Shown here: positions 30,256 to 40,131 of the stretch, piece by piece
How the letters are laid out: every line of letters begins with the position of its first letter
How positions within the stretch are numbered: position 1 is the stretch's first letter
From: Candidatus Delongbacteria bacterium
Lineage (GTDB): Bacteria > CAIWAD01
NCBI GenBank assembly: GCA_963663545.1
Contig: OY760505.1
Span: forward strand, 448,001-512,000
Length of the DNA: 64,000 bases
Direction: 5' to 3'
Made by a program: the position numbers and the translations under genes
Notes under the pieces: model-generated
The model's input: the letters and a program-made list of their open reading frames with translations, nothing else
What the model was told of the DNA's origin: nothing
Database searches by the model: none

Positions 30256-30942
30256 ATGCAGAATCTTCGCGCCGATGTGAAGGAGCTGATGCAGCTTCTG
30301 CAACAGACAGAACTTTTTGCTGAGACCGATCTGGAGGCTCTGGAAACTCTGGCTGCTGCAGCGGAATTGCGTGCTTGTGCGAGAGGAGAAATCCTCTTCA
30401 ACGCTGGCGATCGTGCCACAGGGCTTTATGTTGTTGCAGAAGGCCGCGTGCTGGTCAGTCGCGTGGGACGCGATGGCCGCGAGCAGATTCTGCACGATTT
30501 CGGACCCGGTGAATTGGTTGGCGAAGTGGCCATGTTCTCAGGAGGTGACTTTCCGGCAGGCGCCCAGGCAGCCGAAGCCGCCCGCGTACTGTTCTTGTCT
30601 CGTGATACATTCGTACGCTTGGCCCACGACCAGCCCGATTTGTTGCTGGGTTTGATTGCCGTACTGTCGCGGCGCCTGCGGCATTTCGTCCACCTTGTGG
30701 ATGATCTTTCGCTGAAGGAAGTTGACGCAAGGCTGGCGCGCATTCTGCTTGAAATGGCTGCAGGTGAAATCACATTCGAACTGCCGATGAGCAAAGCGCA
30801 ACTGGCAGCGCGCATCGGCACGATTCCCGAAACCCTGAGTCGTTGTCTGAAACGCCTTCAAAACAACGGCGTGATACAAGTTCAGGGACCGAAGCTGGAG
30901 CTGCTGAAGGTTCGCGTTCTGCAGCAGCTTGCCGGAGAATGA
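30256..30942 (+). CDS. Crp/Fnr family transcriptional regulator
   Basis: cNMP-binding-like N-terminus (GELVGE) and HTH IGTIPETLSRCL. Confidence 0.94.
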   Translation: MQNLRADVKELMQLLQQTELFAETDLEALETLAAAAELRACARGEILFNAGDRATGLYVVAEGRVLVSRVGRDGREQILHDFGPGELVGEVAMFSGGDFPAGAQAAEAARVLFLSRDTFVRLAHDQPDLLLGLIAVLSRRLRHFVHLVDDLSLKEVDARLARILLEMAAGEITFELPMSKAQLAARIGTIPETLSRCLKRLQNNGVIQVQGPKLELLKVRVLQQLAGE

Positions 30943-31003
30943 AGAACGGAAGCCCGGTTTGCAGACCCCTGTCCTCCCCCCAACTGCCGTCCTATTTATC
31001 GAT

Positions 31004-34000
31004 TCACATTCCGGACTGCGCTGAACTCTTTGCGGACTTCTGTGTCACGGGAAGCGCTTCCGGAGATCCCACGGGACCGGTTCCACTAGCCGTCACACGA
31101 TAGACGCCGGAACAAACCTGCTGCCAATCCAACTCGTGTACAGCCATCGTATCCGTCACACTGAACAACAGGCTCTCTGCGCCAAGGCCCACAGGGAGTT
31201 GCTGTGCCCAGTACACGTTGTACCCGTCGTGAAAGAGTAGCTCAGCTCCCTGGACATCTTGTATCACCGGCGACCACCTCAGCTGCACGCCACGCGGAAC
31301 AAGATTCAGCTGTAGATTCTGCACTTTGGCGGGTTGAACCTCGGGTAACACATGAACCTCGCATTCGGCCGAAACGGGTGCATTGACGCCATCCATCGCA
31401 ACAAAGGCGAAGACCTCCTCGCCCAGCCATGCACTCTGTGAGCAGATCTCAACCAGGCCGTCCTCCACACTGATCATCAGGTTTTCACAGTCCGTCCACG
31501 CAAAAGTCAGCTCTTGCTCTTCGGGATCTCTGAACACATAATGCAGATCAATGCTCGTGTTACAACGGCTATTGGGCAGCCAGATTTCGCCTGGAGCCTG
31601 GACCACAAAGGGCGGTAGATTCGGTTCCTCCACCTGAATACCCGTCACGTCCTGCACTGTCTCATTTCCGGCATGGTCACGAACCAGCAAGCGAAGGTCT
31701 AGCAAGCATCCAGCAGCCTCAACCGGAACGGTGATACTCTGCATGCCATCGTTTTCGGTAGCCTCCAACAGAATCTCCCACTCGCCACCGTCGAGGCTAA
31801 AAGCTACGCTCACCGGCTGTGATACAAAGCCGCTGCCTCCGCTGTCGGTAGCCGACCACATCAGATCAACGATCTCGCCCGTCAGCCAACTCTCACCACC
31901 TTCGGGATAGGTCCAGGCTGCCACCGGTGAAGTACCATCCCAACGCAGGTTGCACTCGGCACGCTGAGTATGATCACGATTACCACGACCATCCTCCAGC
32001 CAAAGATAGAGGCTTTGACCTCCCTGGATGCCAGCTTCCACATTGAAATCGCCGCCTGTGATACGAACGCCATCGGAGTCACTGACGGGCACACTTCCCA
32101 GTTTGTACCACGCTGCAGCAATTCCGCTGACATCATAGGGATCCTCCCACTCGATCTCGAAGTCGTTTTCATTGGTCCACGAACTGGGATCCTCATCAGC
32201 ATCAATGGGCGCACCCGGCGCCGTGTGATCCACCGTCGCCAGCACCACTAGATCCAAGGTGGATTCATCCGGATCATCACTCTGCACACGTACACTCCCG
32301 CTGTCATCGCCACTCAGAAGATCCCAGCGAACGCTTGCACTCAGCTCTTGCTCAGTTCCCGGCTGCAGAGTCATGGGCAAGTCAGGAAGAGCGCCCAGCT
32401 CAATCCAATTCTGCTGCGGTGCAATACTGCTCACGGTCAAGGCAGCCGCTCCCGTATTACGAATAGCAAACGTTCCGCCCAGGGAAGCCATCGCCGCAGC
32501 CAGATCAAGACGTCCCGCTCCCAGCTCTCCGAGATAGGAAGGGTTCTCGTCGTCAATACTCAGTGCGGTGCTGGTTAGCGTGTTCATCACCTCCGTCGGC
32601 GTGAGTGCGGGGTTGCGACTCAACAGCAGAGCCGCAGCTCCCGCCGTCAAGGGACAAGCCATCGAAGTCCCGCTCATGGTGCAGTAGCCACCGGTGTTAC
32701 AAGTGCTGAGAATGCTGACTCCCGGAGCGGTGATATCGATCCAGTCGCCGTAATTGCTGAAGCTCGCCTTTTGGTCTAAGTCGTCGCTGGCTGCCACACT
32801 CAGGGTTTGCACGATTCCATCAATGGCACTGGGTGAATCCAGATTGTCATTGCCGGCAGCGTGACACACAACAACACCTTGATTGAAGGCATACGTGATC
32901 GGTGAACTCAACAGACTGCCACCACCAAAACTGAGGGAAACAACACGGGCTCCGTGTTCCACCGCATACTCGATGGCCGCTGCAGCAAAGGAAAAAACAA
33001 CAGTGCCCTGGCCCAGGGTGTTCTCGTAACCGGCTCGTAGCGCCATTACAGGGCAACCGAAGCTGGCCCCGGCCACACCGATGCCGTTATCGGTGCTCGC
33101 CGCAGCGATCCCCGCACAATGCGTTCCGTGGCCGTTGAAATCGGCGGGATCATTGTCCTCTTCGTCACTGTCTTCTCCGCTGGCCGCCCCGCCGATGTTG
33201 TCCACCCAATCCCAGCCGCGTACATCGTCGATGTAGCCATTGCCGTCGTCGTCCACACCATTGTCAGCAATCTCACCCGCGTTCGTCCAGATATCGCCCG
33301 CCAGATCCGTGTGATCCCACTCCACGCCGGTATCGATTATCGCAATGGGTGCCTGACTGTTGCCATGACCGTAGTCCCAGGCCATCTGCGCCCCGATCTG
33401 CGCAAGGTGCCACTGATCATCGTAGCGCGGGTCATCGGGGACCTCCGTCACGGGATAGAGGTAATTGTACTCCGCCCATTCTATGCCGTCGATGGCGGCC
33501 AGCTTCTCGCGAAGAGCTTCCAGATCTGTGTCACCGGCAAGCTGTAGTCGAAGTGTATTACGCAGATAAGCAGGCAATCGTTTGCTGCGATAAACAAAGG
33601 AAAGCGTCTTCACTCCGGGATCGCAAAGAGCTTCATCAGCCTCCTTAATACTAAGCAACCCCTTCTCCACCCGTGGTGACACAGTGTTTGACAGCTTCAG
33701 GATCAACTCACCGGGCAGGTGATCCCAGGTGGCGTCCGGCACGGGAGGCGCTGGCCTTAGCGAATTGCCGCGCTCCGCATCCTGCGGATCCTCGTAGAAC
33801 TCCAGTGTGGCCGGATACAAGTCGATATCGCCGGGCGTGTTCTGCACTGTGATACGACCGGGAGCGTAGTCGTGCTGAATGAACCCGTCGTGTGACACCA
33901 TGCCAGCGATGTAATAGCTGCCTGGTGATACACCTGCTGTATTCCAGTTGTAGAGGTAGCTTCCATTCACGGGCTGAGCCAACACCAGCCAACTCTCGTT

Positions 34001-36664
34001 GCCCGAATCCCAGATTTGGTCGGCATCAAGCCGAAGCGCAACAGTGGCCTCTTGTGGTGCTCCCGCCTCGTACGCCAGGCTGATCACATCGCCCTGCATC
34101 ACGGTTACGTTGGTTGACGGTTGCAGCACATCGATATACATCTGTGTCACGTGAACGGTAATTGAATAGCTGCCGAAGCCCAGGCAATCGGGATTGCTAC
34201 CAGGGTAGCCATCAGTGGGATCGTAGCTGCATCCGGTCCAGCCGCTGCCGCACAGTCCCATGCGATAGTGGACGATGAAACTGCCCCAGTTCTTCGGACT
34301 GCAGTTGACATAGAGATTGTTGCTCTCACCCGACGACCAGCCACCAGCATCCATACCCTCGATCATCCAGTAGTCGGCGTATTGATCGCCGCTGACGATG
34401 GGCGTACTGCCATCCACCAGGTTCTGAAAGGCAGTGTGCGTCGTCAGGTCACTGCTCGTTGAAGCGCTGACACTGAAGCGCGCGTTGTCTGTGCTGGCCG
34501 TGTATTGAGTGAAGGCCAGTGTCAGATTGGAATTTTCAGCAGGGGAAGTATCGGTACCATCGTTTTCACCGCGCAGTCGTAGCTCAAAGGACTGCGACAG
34601 ATCCGCCAGACAGACCTCTACGCTACCGCCATTAGCTACGCTGTAACCTTCAACCGTGATGTACTCCACATCCGCAACCAGATCCAATGCTGCGGATTGT
34701 ATCACGACACTTCCCGCTGCGTACTCCCAAGTGTAGTAGCCGCCCTGTGATACCATTCCAGCGATGTAGTACGTGCCCGGCTCCATTGGGCTGGTATCCC
34801 AGTAATGGATGTAGCTGCCATTGACTCCCATGCCAAGAATGATCCAGCCTTCGTTGCCGGAATCCCAACTTGTATCACCATCGTAACGCAGCGAGACACT
34901 GGCATCCAAGGGAGCGCCGCTTTCGTACCCCAGAAGCACCTGCTCGCCTTGTGTCACCGTGACGGTGGAAGCGGGAGACAGCATGTCGAGGTACATGGGT
35001 TGCACGTCCACGGTAACCGAGTAGCTGCCAAATCCCAGACAGTCCGGATTGCTGCCAGGGTAGCCGTCTGCGGGATCATAGCTGCAACCAGTCCAGCCGC
35101 TGCCGCAAAGACCCATACGCGCATGGATTACAAAATCGCCCCACGTGCGCGGCACACAGTCGACGTATAGATTGTTGCTTTCTCCAGCAGACCAGCCGCC
35201 GCTATCCCAGCCTTCCACCATCCAGTAGTCGGCGTATTGGTCTCCGCCACCAAGGGTCGTGGCTCCGTCCAGCAACGTGGCGTATCCCGTGTGCACCTCA
35301 AGATCGCTGGAGGTAGAAGCACCCACACTGATGTAGGATGCGTCTCCCGAATTGGTGTATTGCTCAAAAGCGAGAGTCAGATTGCTCACGTTGGCAGGGG
35401 CCGCATCAGTGCCATCATTCTCTCCACGTAAACGCACTTCCAGGCTCTGTGAAAGGTCGGAGAGAAAAACGGTTGTACTGCCGCCTAGTGATACACTGCT
35501 GCCATTGATGTAGAGGTATTCCACGTCCGCCTGCAAATCCAGCACTGCAGTGGCGGTCATGGAGAGCGAGTAGGAGTCGATCTCGTTGTTGTTGCCGAAC
35601 TCATCCACTTTGATGTAGTACGTGCCTGCGGCAAGTGTAGCTGTAAGATCTGAAAAGGCACCCGAACCGCCATCATCATCGTAGGCCACTTCGCTCAGGG
35701 CGCCGTCGTACACCCAAAGACGTGTATCACCGGAAGCACCATCGGTCCAAACGCGCACCTCGCTCGTTGAGGAAAGCACAAAGCGTGACCAGTCCTGATC
35801 GTCCTCCGGGCAGATGTTGTGTGTGTGTGATACACCCGAGCTGATGTTTGTGTACTGGCTGTAACTATCATCGGGCTCATACGTGTCGGCACGGCATCCG
35901 GCATCCTGATCCGCAAGCAGTTCGATGCTGTCCACCTGCGCGCCTTCGGACTTGACCACGCTGTCATCGCTCTGAAAGACGAAGGCAATCCAGACCTCGC
36001 TCTGGCCGCAGAGATTGCCAATTGTGGGCACGGCCGTCAGGTCGAAACTGTAGTCCCAGGGCCCCTGGCCTTCACCCGACCACTGATAGCCATAATACGT
36101 GGCGTCATCGATCGAGGCCAGCACTTTGAAGTAATCGTAGCCCGCCTCGCTGTTGTTGCTGAAGACAAAATTTAACTCGGCATCGCTGGCATCGGCCAGG
36201 CTGAATGGGCCGTAGACCATCCACGAATTCATCTCTAGCGGATAGTCCTCGCCGCAGTCGATGCCCAAAGCTCCCAGATCCGCACAACCGGCACTCTCAT
36301 CTTCGCTATCGTACCAGCAGGACCAGTCGTCCCAGTAAGCATCGGCACCATAGATGCGAATGTCCCAGTCCAGCGGAGAGCCGGCTGGCAGGGTTTCACA
36401 ATCCTCCTCCATAAGAGTCACCCAGTCGCGCTGGGGTGCAGGAAGGGTTCCGGCATCATCATCCCATTCGCCTGGCAACGGGCGCCGTGCTTCGCCCGTC
36501 GGGTGTTCAACGACCGTTGCTTCTTTCACCTGGGGCTTACGCCCTTTGCCGTTGCCCAAAGTCTGAGCCACCGTAGCGGACGCTGTGATACTTAGCAGCA
36601 AAGCGCCGAGTAGCACTCTAAATGGAGCTGTGAAAAACAAGCTACGCCGTGGAGTCATCGCCAT
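31004..36664 (-). CDS. Large secreted S8 subtilisin-like protease with PPC domain, a tandem internal repeat and a C-terminal 'YRVxA' domain
   Basis: Catalytic AIIDTG, HGTHCAG, GTSMACP; signal peptide; GGAGG RBS before ATG 36664. Confidence 0.92.
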   Translation of the reverse strand: MAMTPRRSLFFTAPFRVLLGALLLSITASATVAQTLGNGKGRKPQVKEATVVEHPTGEARRPLPGEWDDDAGTLPAPQRDWVTLMEEDCETLPAGSPLDWDIRIYGADAYWDDWSCWYDSEDESAGCADLGALGIDCGEDYPLEMNSWMVYGPFSLADASDAELNFVFSNNSEAGYDYFKVLASIDDATYYGYQWSGEGQGPWDYSFDLTAVPTIGNLCGQSEVWIAFVFQSDDSVVKSEGAQVDSIELLADQDAGCRADTYEPDDSYSQYTNISSGVSHTHNICPEDDQDWSRFVLSSTSEVRVWTDGASGDTRLWVYDGALSEVAYDDDGGSGAFSDLTATLAAGTYYIKVDEFGNNNEIDSYSLSMTATAVLDLQADVEYLYINGSSVSLGGSTTVFLSDLSQSLEVRLRGENDGTDAAPANVSNLTLAFEQYTNSGDASYISVGASTSSDLEVHTGYATLLDGATTLGGGDQYADYWMVEGWDSGGWSAGESNNLYVDCVPRTWGDFVIHARMGLCGSGWTGCSYDPADGYPGSNPDCLGFGSYSVTVDVQPMYLDMLSPASTVTVTQGEQVLLGYESGAPLDASVSLRYDGDTSWDSGNEGWIILGMGVNGSYIHYWDTSPMEPGTYYIAGMVSQGGYYTWEYAAGSVVIQSAALDLVADVEYITVEGYSVANGGSVEVCLADLSQSFELRLRGENDGTDTSPAENSNLTLAFTQYTASTDNARFSVSASTSSDLTTHTAFQNLVDGSTPIVSGDQYADYWMIEGMDAGGWSSGESNNLYVNCSPKNWGSFIVHYRMGLCGSGWTGCSYDPTDGYPGSNPDCLGFGSYSITVHVTQMYIDVLQPSTNVTVMQGDVISLAYEAGAPQEATVALRLDADQIWDSGNESWLVLAQPVNGSYLYNWNTAGVSPGSYYIAGMVSHDGFIQHDYAPGRITVQNTPGDIDLYPATLEFYEDPQDAERGNSLRPAPPVPDATWDHLPGELILKLSNTVSPRVEKGLLSIKEADEALCDPGVKTLSFVYRSKRLPAYLRNTLRLQLAGDTDLEALREKLAAIDGIEWAEYNYLYPVTEVPDDPRYDDQWHLAQIGAQMAWDYGHGNSQAPIAIIDTGVEWDHTDLAGDIWTNAGEIADNGVDDDGNGYIDDVRGWDWVDNIGGAASGEDSDEEDNDPADFNGHGTHCAGIAAASTDNGIGVAGASFGCPVMALRAGYENTLGQGTVVFSFAAAAIEYAVEHGARVVSLSFGGGSLLSSPITYAFNQGVVVCHAAGNDNLDSPSAIDGIVQTLSVAASDDLDQKASFSNYGDWIDITAPGVSILSTCNTGGYCTMSGTSMACPLTAGAAALLLSRNPALTPTEVMNTLTSTALSIDDENPSYLGELGAGRLDLAAAMASLGGTFAIRNTGAAALTVSSIAPQQNWIELGALPDLPMTLQPGTEQELSASVRWDLLSGDDSGSVRVQSDDPDESTLDLVVLATVDHTAPGAPIDADEDPSSWTNENDFEIEWEDPYDVSGIAAAWYKLGSVPVSDSDGVRITGGDFNVEAGIQGGQSLYLWLEDGRGNRDHTQRAECNLRWDGTSPVAAWTYPEGGESWLTGEIVDLMWSATDSGGSGFVSQPVSVAFSLDGGEWEILLEATENDGMQSITVPVEAAGCLLDLRLLVRDHAGNETVQDVTGIQVEEPNLPPFVVQAPGEIWLPNSRCNTSIDLHYVFRDPEEQELTFAWTDCENLMISVEDGLVEICSQSAWLGEEVFAFVAMDGVNAPVSAECEVHVLPEVQPAKVQNLQLNLVPRGVQLRWSPVIQDVQGAELLFHDGYNVYWAQQLPVGLGAESLLFSVTDTMAVHELDWQQVCSGVYRVTASGTGPVGSPEALPVTQKSAKSSAQSGM

Positions 36665-36996
36665 CTCCTCCCGCCCGTGATACATCCGATCACGGGAATC
36701 CGTCTTGTGATACACGTTTCGTTCAGTGGTAGATCACACCAGAGTCGGCGCGTGTGACGAGCGCGCCTGTTCGCTCTTGGCGGGCACGGACCCAACCACT
36801 TTGAGGAAGTCGACCTCCCAGATCTGAAGTAGGAGGTCAAGGGTTAATGAAGGATGAGCAAGGCATGTGGGCAAGAGAATCCTGTTCGTGAAGAAAGCTC
36901 ACGGACAAGTAGAAGCCCGTTTGCACATGCAATTGCGAACAGAATCGGTTAGCAGACGCAATTCAATAGCCGGTCGTAGCGGAGACGGCGTTTTGG

Positions 36997-37551
36997 CTAG
37001 AAGCACAATTCCAAACGAAGGCCAACACCGCTACCGCAGCGCGCCAATGCACAATGATACAGCAGGCTTTTGCTGTCGGTGTGTTGCTGTCCTCCGCTGT
37101 AGAGGGTCTTCCATACGGGCTGGGTGGACCCCACGATGGCTCCCAGCAGGGCACCGGTTCCTGCAAAAGCCGCAACAATGGGCCAGCCGTTCACATCATC
37201 GTCGATCTCGGGATCATCCTTCGCATCCTCGACTCCACGATAGGCGGGAATGCCAAAGGCCAGCGCGCCTAGCAAGGCATAGGGTAGAGCATATGAACCC
37301 CGCTGCACCTTGATCGAGTTCAGCTCAGCCAGGTTCAATGTATCACCTGGAATCTGGTTCAACTTGTAGCTCAGCACGTCATTCTCAATCACTAGGTCGC
37401 GTACATCCATTCGGCCAATTCCCTGCACATACAAGGTTGCCTTGGAATACTCACTTCTGCCCGGAAAGACAAGCTCCTGTGAAAAGGCAGACTGCGTGTG
37501 ACACAAGCCTCCCAGCAACAACGCAGCCAAGCAAACAACGGCGTGTTTCAT
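36997..37551 (-). CDS. Secreted/outer-membrane hypothetical protein with Gly-zipper segments
   Basis: Signal peptide; GALLGAIVG; C-terminal aromatic residue. Confidence 0.7.
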   Translation of the reverse strand: MKHAVVCLAALLLGGLCHTQSAFSQELVFPGRSEYSKATLYVQGIGRMDVRDLVIENDVLSYKLNQIPGDTLNLAELNSIKVQRGSYALPYALLGALAFGIPAYRGVEDAKDDPEIDDDVNGWPIVAAFAGTGALLGAIVGSTQPVWKTLYSGGQQHTDSKSLLYHCALARCGSGVGLRLELCF

Positions 37552-37616
37552 CCCCTCACTCCTGCATTACTCTTTCGCAACAACATACAGATAATTATAG
37601 ATAGCCTTGCTCGGAA

Positions 37617-38000
37617 TCAAAAGCCCTCCGCTGGTTCCCACAGCTCCACGTTGTTGCCTTCTGGATCTATGACCCAGCCGAACTTGCCGAATTCCGAATT
37701 CTCTGTCTTCTCTACCACTTCGCAGCCCTCGGCACGCAATGCCGCCAGCAGCGCGTCCAGATCGGCCACGCGATAGTTGATCATGAAGGGGCGCCGCGCC
37801 GGTCCAAAGCTCTCTTTCTCGTCCATGACGGACCAGACGGTGCTTCCGCCGGTAGGCTGTCCCGCCGAGTCTGTCCAGGTGAAGTAGGTGCCGCCCCAGT
37901 CCTGCATGTCGAAGTCCAGGTGGCGCTTGTACCAGTCGCGCAGGGCGGAGGGATCTTTGGCGGTAAAGAAAATGCCGCCGATGCCGGTGACTCGCTGCAT
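37617..38000 (-). CDS. VOC/glyoxalase family protein
   Basis: RVTGIGGIFF, MINYRV, DPEGNNVELWE. Confidence 0.92.
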   Translation of the reverse strand: MQRVTGIGGIFFTAKDPSALRDWYKRHLDFDMQDWGGTYFTWTDSAGQPTGGSTVWSVMDEKESFGPARRPFMINYRVADLDALLAALRAEGCEVVEKTENSEFGKFGWVIDPEGNNVELWEPAEGF

Positions 38001-38085
38001 GAAGCTCTCCATTGCTAAAGGATTCCGGGGCTGCTGACGGATCGTGACACATGATAGTTGATAAACGCGGACTCATCTAGAGCAA

Positions 38086-38112
38086 AAAGCCCGGCAGGGT
38101 GCCGGGCCGGGG
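38086..38112 (-). terminator. Probable intrinsic terminator
   Basis: GCCCGGCA-c/cc-TGCCGGGC stem followed by TTTTT on the minus strand. Confidence 0.55.
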
Positions 38113-38132
38113 AATTCTTGGATTTCCGAAGC

Positions 38133-38741
38133 CTAGAAGAAGGTGTAAATGCTGATCCCAGTGGGCGGGCCCGTAGCGATGATGTACTTGGAGAAATGGT
38201 CCACCAGACCATAGACCCAGACATTCTGCACAACGGTTCCATCCTCAAGCCGCTCCGGCTCGACTGCAATTCGCGTCGGGATCGGTTCATACGTGCCGTC
38301 TTCGCGATCGTAAAAAAGCTGCAGGCTTTCGCGGTCCAGGTCGCCCATGTTGTCCACTAAACCAAACTCATAGCCGATTTCAACGCTCTGGCTGAAGACC
38401 AAACCTTCGGGACCGAACTGATAGCCAAAGACCGGCTCATCCCAATCACCCATCCAGTCTGCGTTAATCTCGGTATCCTCGTCGACGGAATTCGGCCTGG
38501 CGTGAAAACGGAAGCCGTTGCTTTCGAAATTGGTGTGGCCACGCTTGGTCAGGGTGAAAAACTGATCCTGATCGACAGCGTTGCCCTTGGCAACTGTAGC
38601 GACGGGTACGATCAGAGTAATCTCGTCTGCTGTGAAGATATTGTCGGTCTGTGAAGGCTGGGTACTGCTGTTTTCGCAGCCAATGAATACGCCCAACATC
38701 CCCAGTAGAGCTATACAAAATCCGATTCTTGCGCTTTTCAT
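38133..38741 (-). CDS. Lipoprotein with ZU5-like domain
   Basis: Lipobox VFIGC; FGPEGLVFSQSVEI, VDHFSKY. Confidence 0.75.
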   Translation of the reverse strand: MKSARIGFCIALLGMLGVFIGCENSSTQPSQTDNIFTADEITLIVPVATVAKGNAVDQDQFFTLTKRGHTNFESNGFRFHARPNSVDEDTEINADWMGDWDEPVFGYQFGPEGLVFSQSVEIGYEFGLVDNMGDLDRESLQLFYDREDGTYEPIPTRIAVEPERLEDGTVVQNVWVYGLVDHFSKYIIATGPPTGISIYTFF

Positions 38742-38790
38742 CGTGGGCTCCTTCGAGTTGTCACCGCTTCCCGGTGGATACCCGAAGGAT

Positions 38791-38808
38791 AAGCAAAGCG
38801 CGTGCCAA
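38791..38808 (-). promoter_or_regulatory. Sigma54 (-24/-12) promoter
   Basis: Minus strand TTGGCACGCGCTTTGCTT (GG-N10-GC consensus); IHF-like TATCAGTACTTTA at 38836-38848. Confidence 0.85.
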
Positions 38809-39006
38809 TCATGTCACAAATAGCGCATTTATGATTATCAGTACTTTATGCAAAGAATGAAAGCTATCGATATTCTTAAAGCTGTGCTCAGATGAACCGG
38901 ATTGTGCAATTCCACCACATAAGTTGACATGCACCAACTGAGCCAGGTGTGTAATTTCTAACTTCTAACTTTGTTATCCACAATGTTTACTGTATATAGA
39001 GACCCA

Positions 39007-39819
39007 TCAGCCCAGGGCAACGTCCAGGACCATCATCACAGCAAATCCAACCATTGCACCCAGCGTCGCTGTGTCGGTATCACTATCCTGCTGCGCTTCG
39101 GGAATGAGCTCCTCCACCACAACGTAGATCATCGCACCTGCAGCAAAGGCCAGTGCCCAAGGCAGAATCGGGCGCATGGCCAGCACGGCCCAGGCTCCCA
39201 GCACACCAAAGATGGGTTCCACCACACCCGAGGCCTGGCCGTAGAAGAAGGAGCGTGTCCGCGACAGGCCCTCTCGACGCAGGGGCACGGAGACCGCCGC
39301 ACCCTCGGGCAGGTTCTGAATACCGATGCCGATGGCCAGCGCCACCGCTCCCGCCATGGAAGCCGCCGGCAATCCGGCCGCCACTGCACCAAAGGCAACG
39401 CCCACAGCCAATCCCTCAGGCGCATTGTGCAGAGTGATGGCCAGCACCAGCAGCACGCTGCGTTGCCAGCTCGTCTTTACACCCTCGGCATTGTCCATCG
39501 ACTGCCCCAAATGCAGATGCGGCAGTAGACGATCGACCAGATAGAGGAAAGCGCCGCCCAGCAGAAAACCACCTGCAGCAGCCACCCAGGCCGTATTACC
39601 CATGGCCTCGCTCATCTCGATGGCAGGTGCCAGCAGCGACCAGAAACTGGCCGCGATCATCACTCCCGCCGCAAAGCCCAGCATCGAGTTCAGCGCATGT
39701 CGTTCGATGCGCTTGAAGAAAAACACCATCGCCGCGCCCAACGCTGTCATCGCCCAAGTGAAGAGCGTGGCCAGCAGCGCCTGTGTCACAGGATGGAAGT
39801 TGGTGATCCAGTCAAACAT
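39007..39819 (-). CDS. ZIP family metal transporter (GufA/ZupT-like)
   Basis: [30 protein letters not shown]. Confidence 0.94.
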   Translation of the reverse strand: MFDWITNFHPVTQALLATLFTWAMTALGAAMVFFFKRIERHALNSMLGFAAGVMIAASFWSLLAPAIEMSEAMGNTAWVAAAGGFLLGGAFLYLVDRLLPHLHLGQSMDNAEGVKTSWQRSVLLVLAITLHNAPEGLAVGVAFGAVAAGLPAASMAGAVALAIGIGIQNLPEGAAVSVPLRREGLSRTRSFFYGQASGVVEPIFGVLGAWAVLAMRPILPWALAFAAGAMIYVVVEELIPEAQQDSDTDTATLGAMVGFAVMMVLDVALG

Positions 39820-40131
39820 GCAGCCTCCAGATTCAGGTCCTCAAGATAGCGGCCCAAGGGAAAACATGCTGCACGTGTCTGTTTGTATCACAAGCATTCG
39901 TGGTTTGCGAGCAACATCACCAAGAGCTGATGCTTAGAAGCGATGTCGGCGATCGCAAAAGAGCGAGTCCCATATCCTCTGTTCCGCAAAGGGCCTTCTC
40001 TTCTGGCTACCTTGTCGCATTCATGTGAGACAGGAAATGGGCTCCCGGGCTGCCCTGGCAAGGGACCGACGGGTTGGGGAAACAGAGTCGGTTGGAGAGC
40101 GCCAGGACAGCCGGGAAATCCCGAGCCAAGA

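Noticed and set aside
36720-36990. Possible riboswitch in the S8 protease leader (and in 3130-3370)
   Set aside because: Only short hairpins; no conserved aptamer core that I could recognise.
38974-38982. Perfect DnaA box TTATCCACA in an AT-rich intergenic region
   Set aside because: Single copy with no box cluster and no dnaA/dnaN context; not evidence of oriC.
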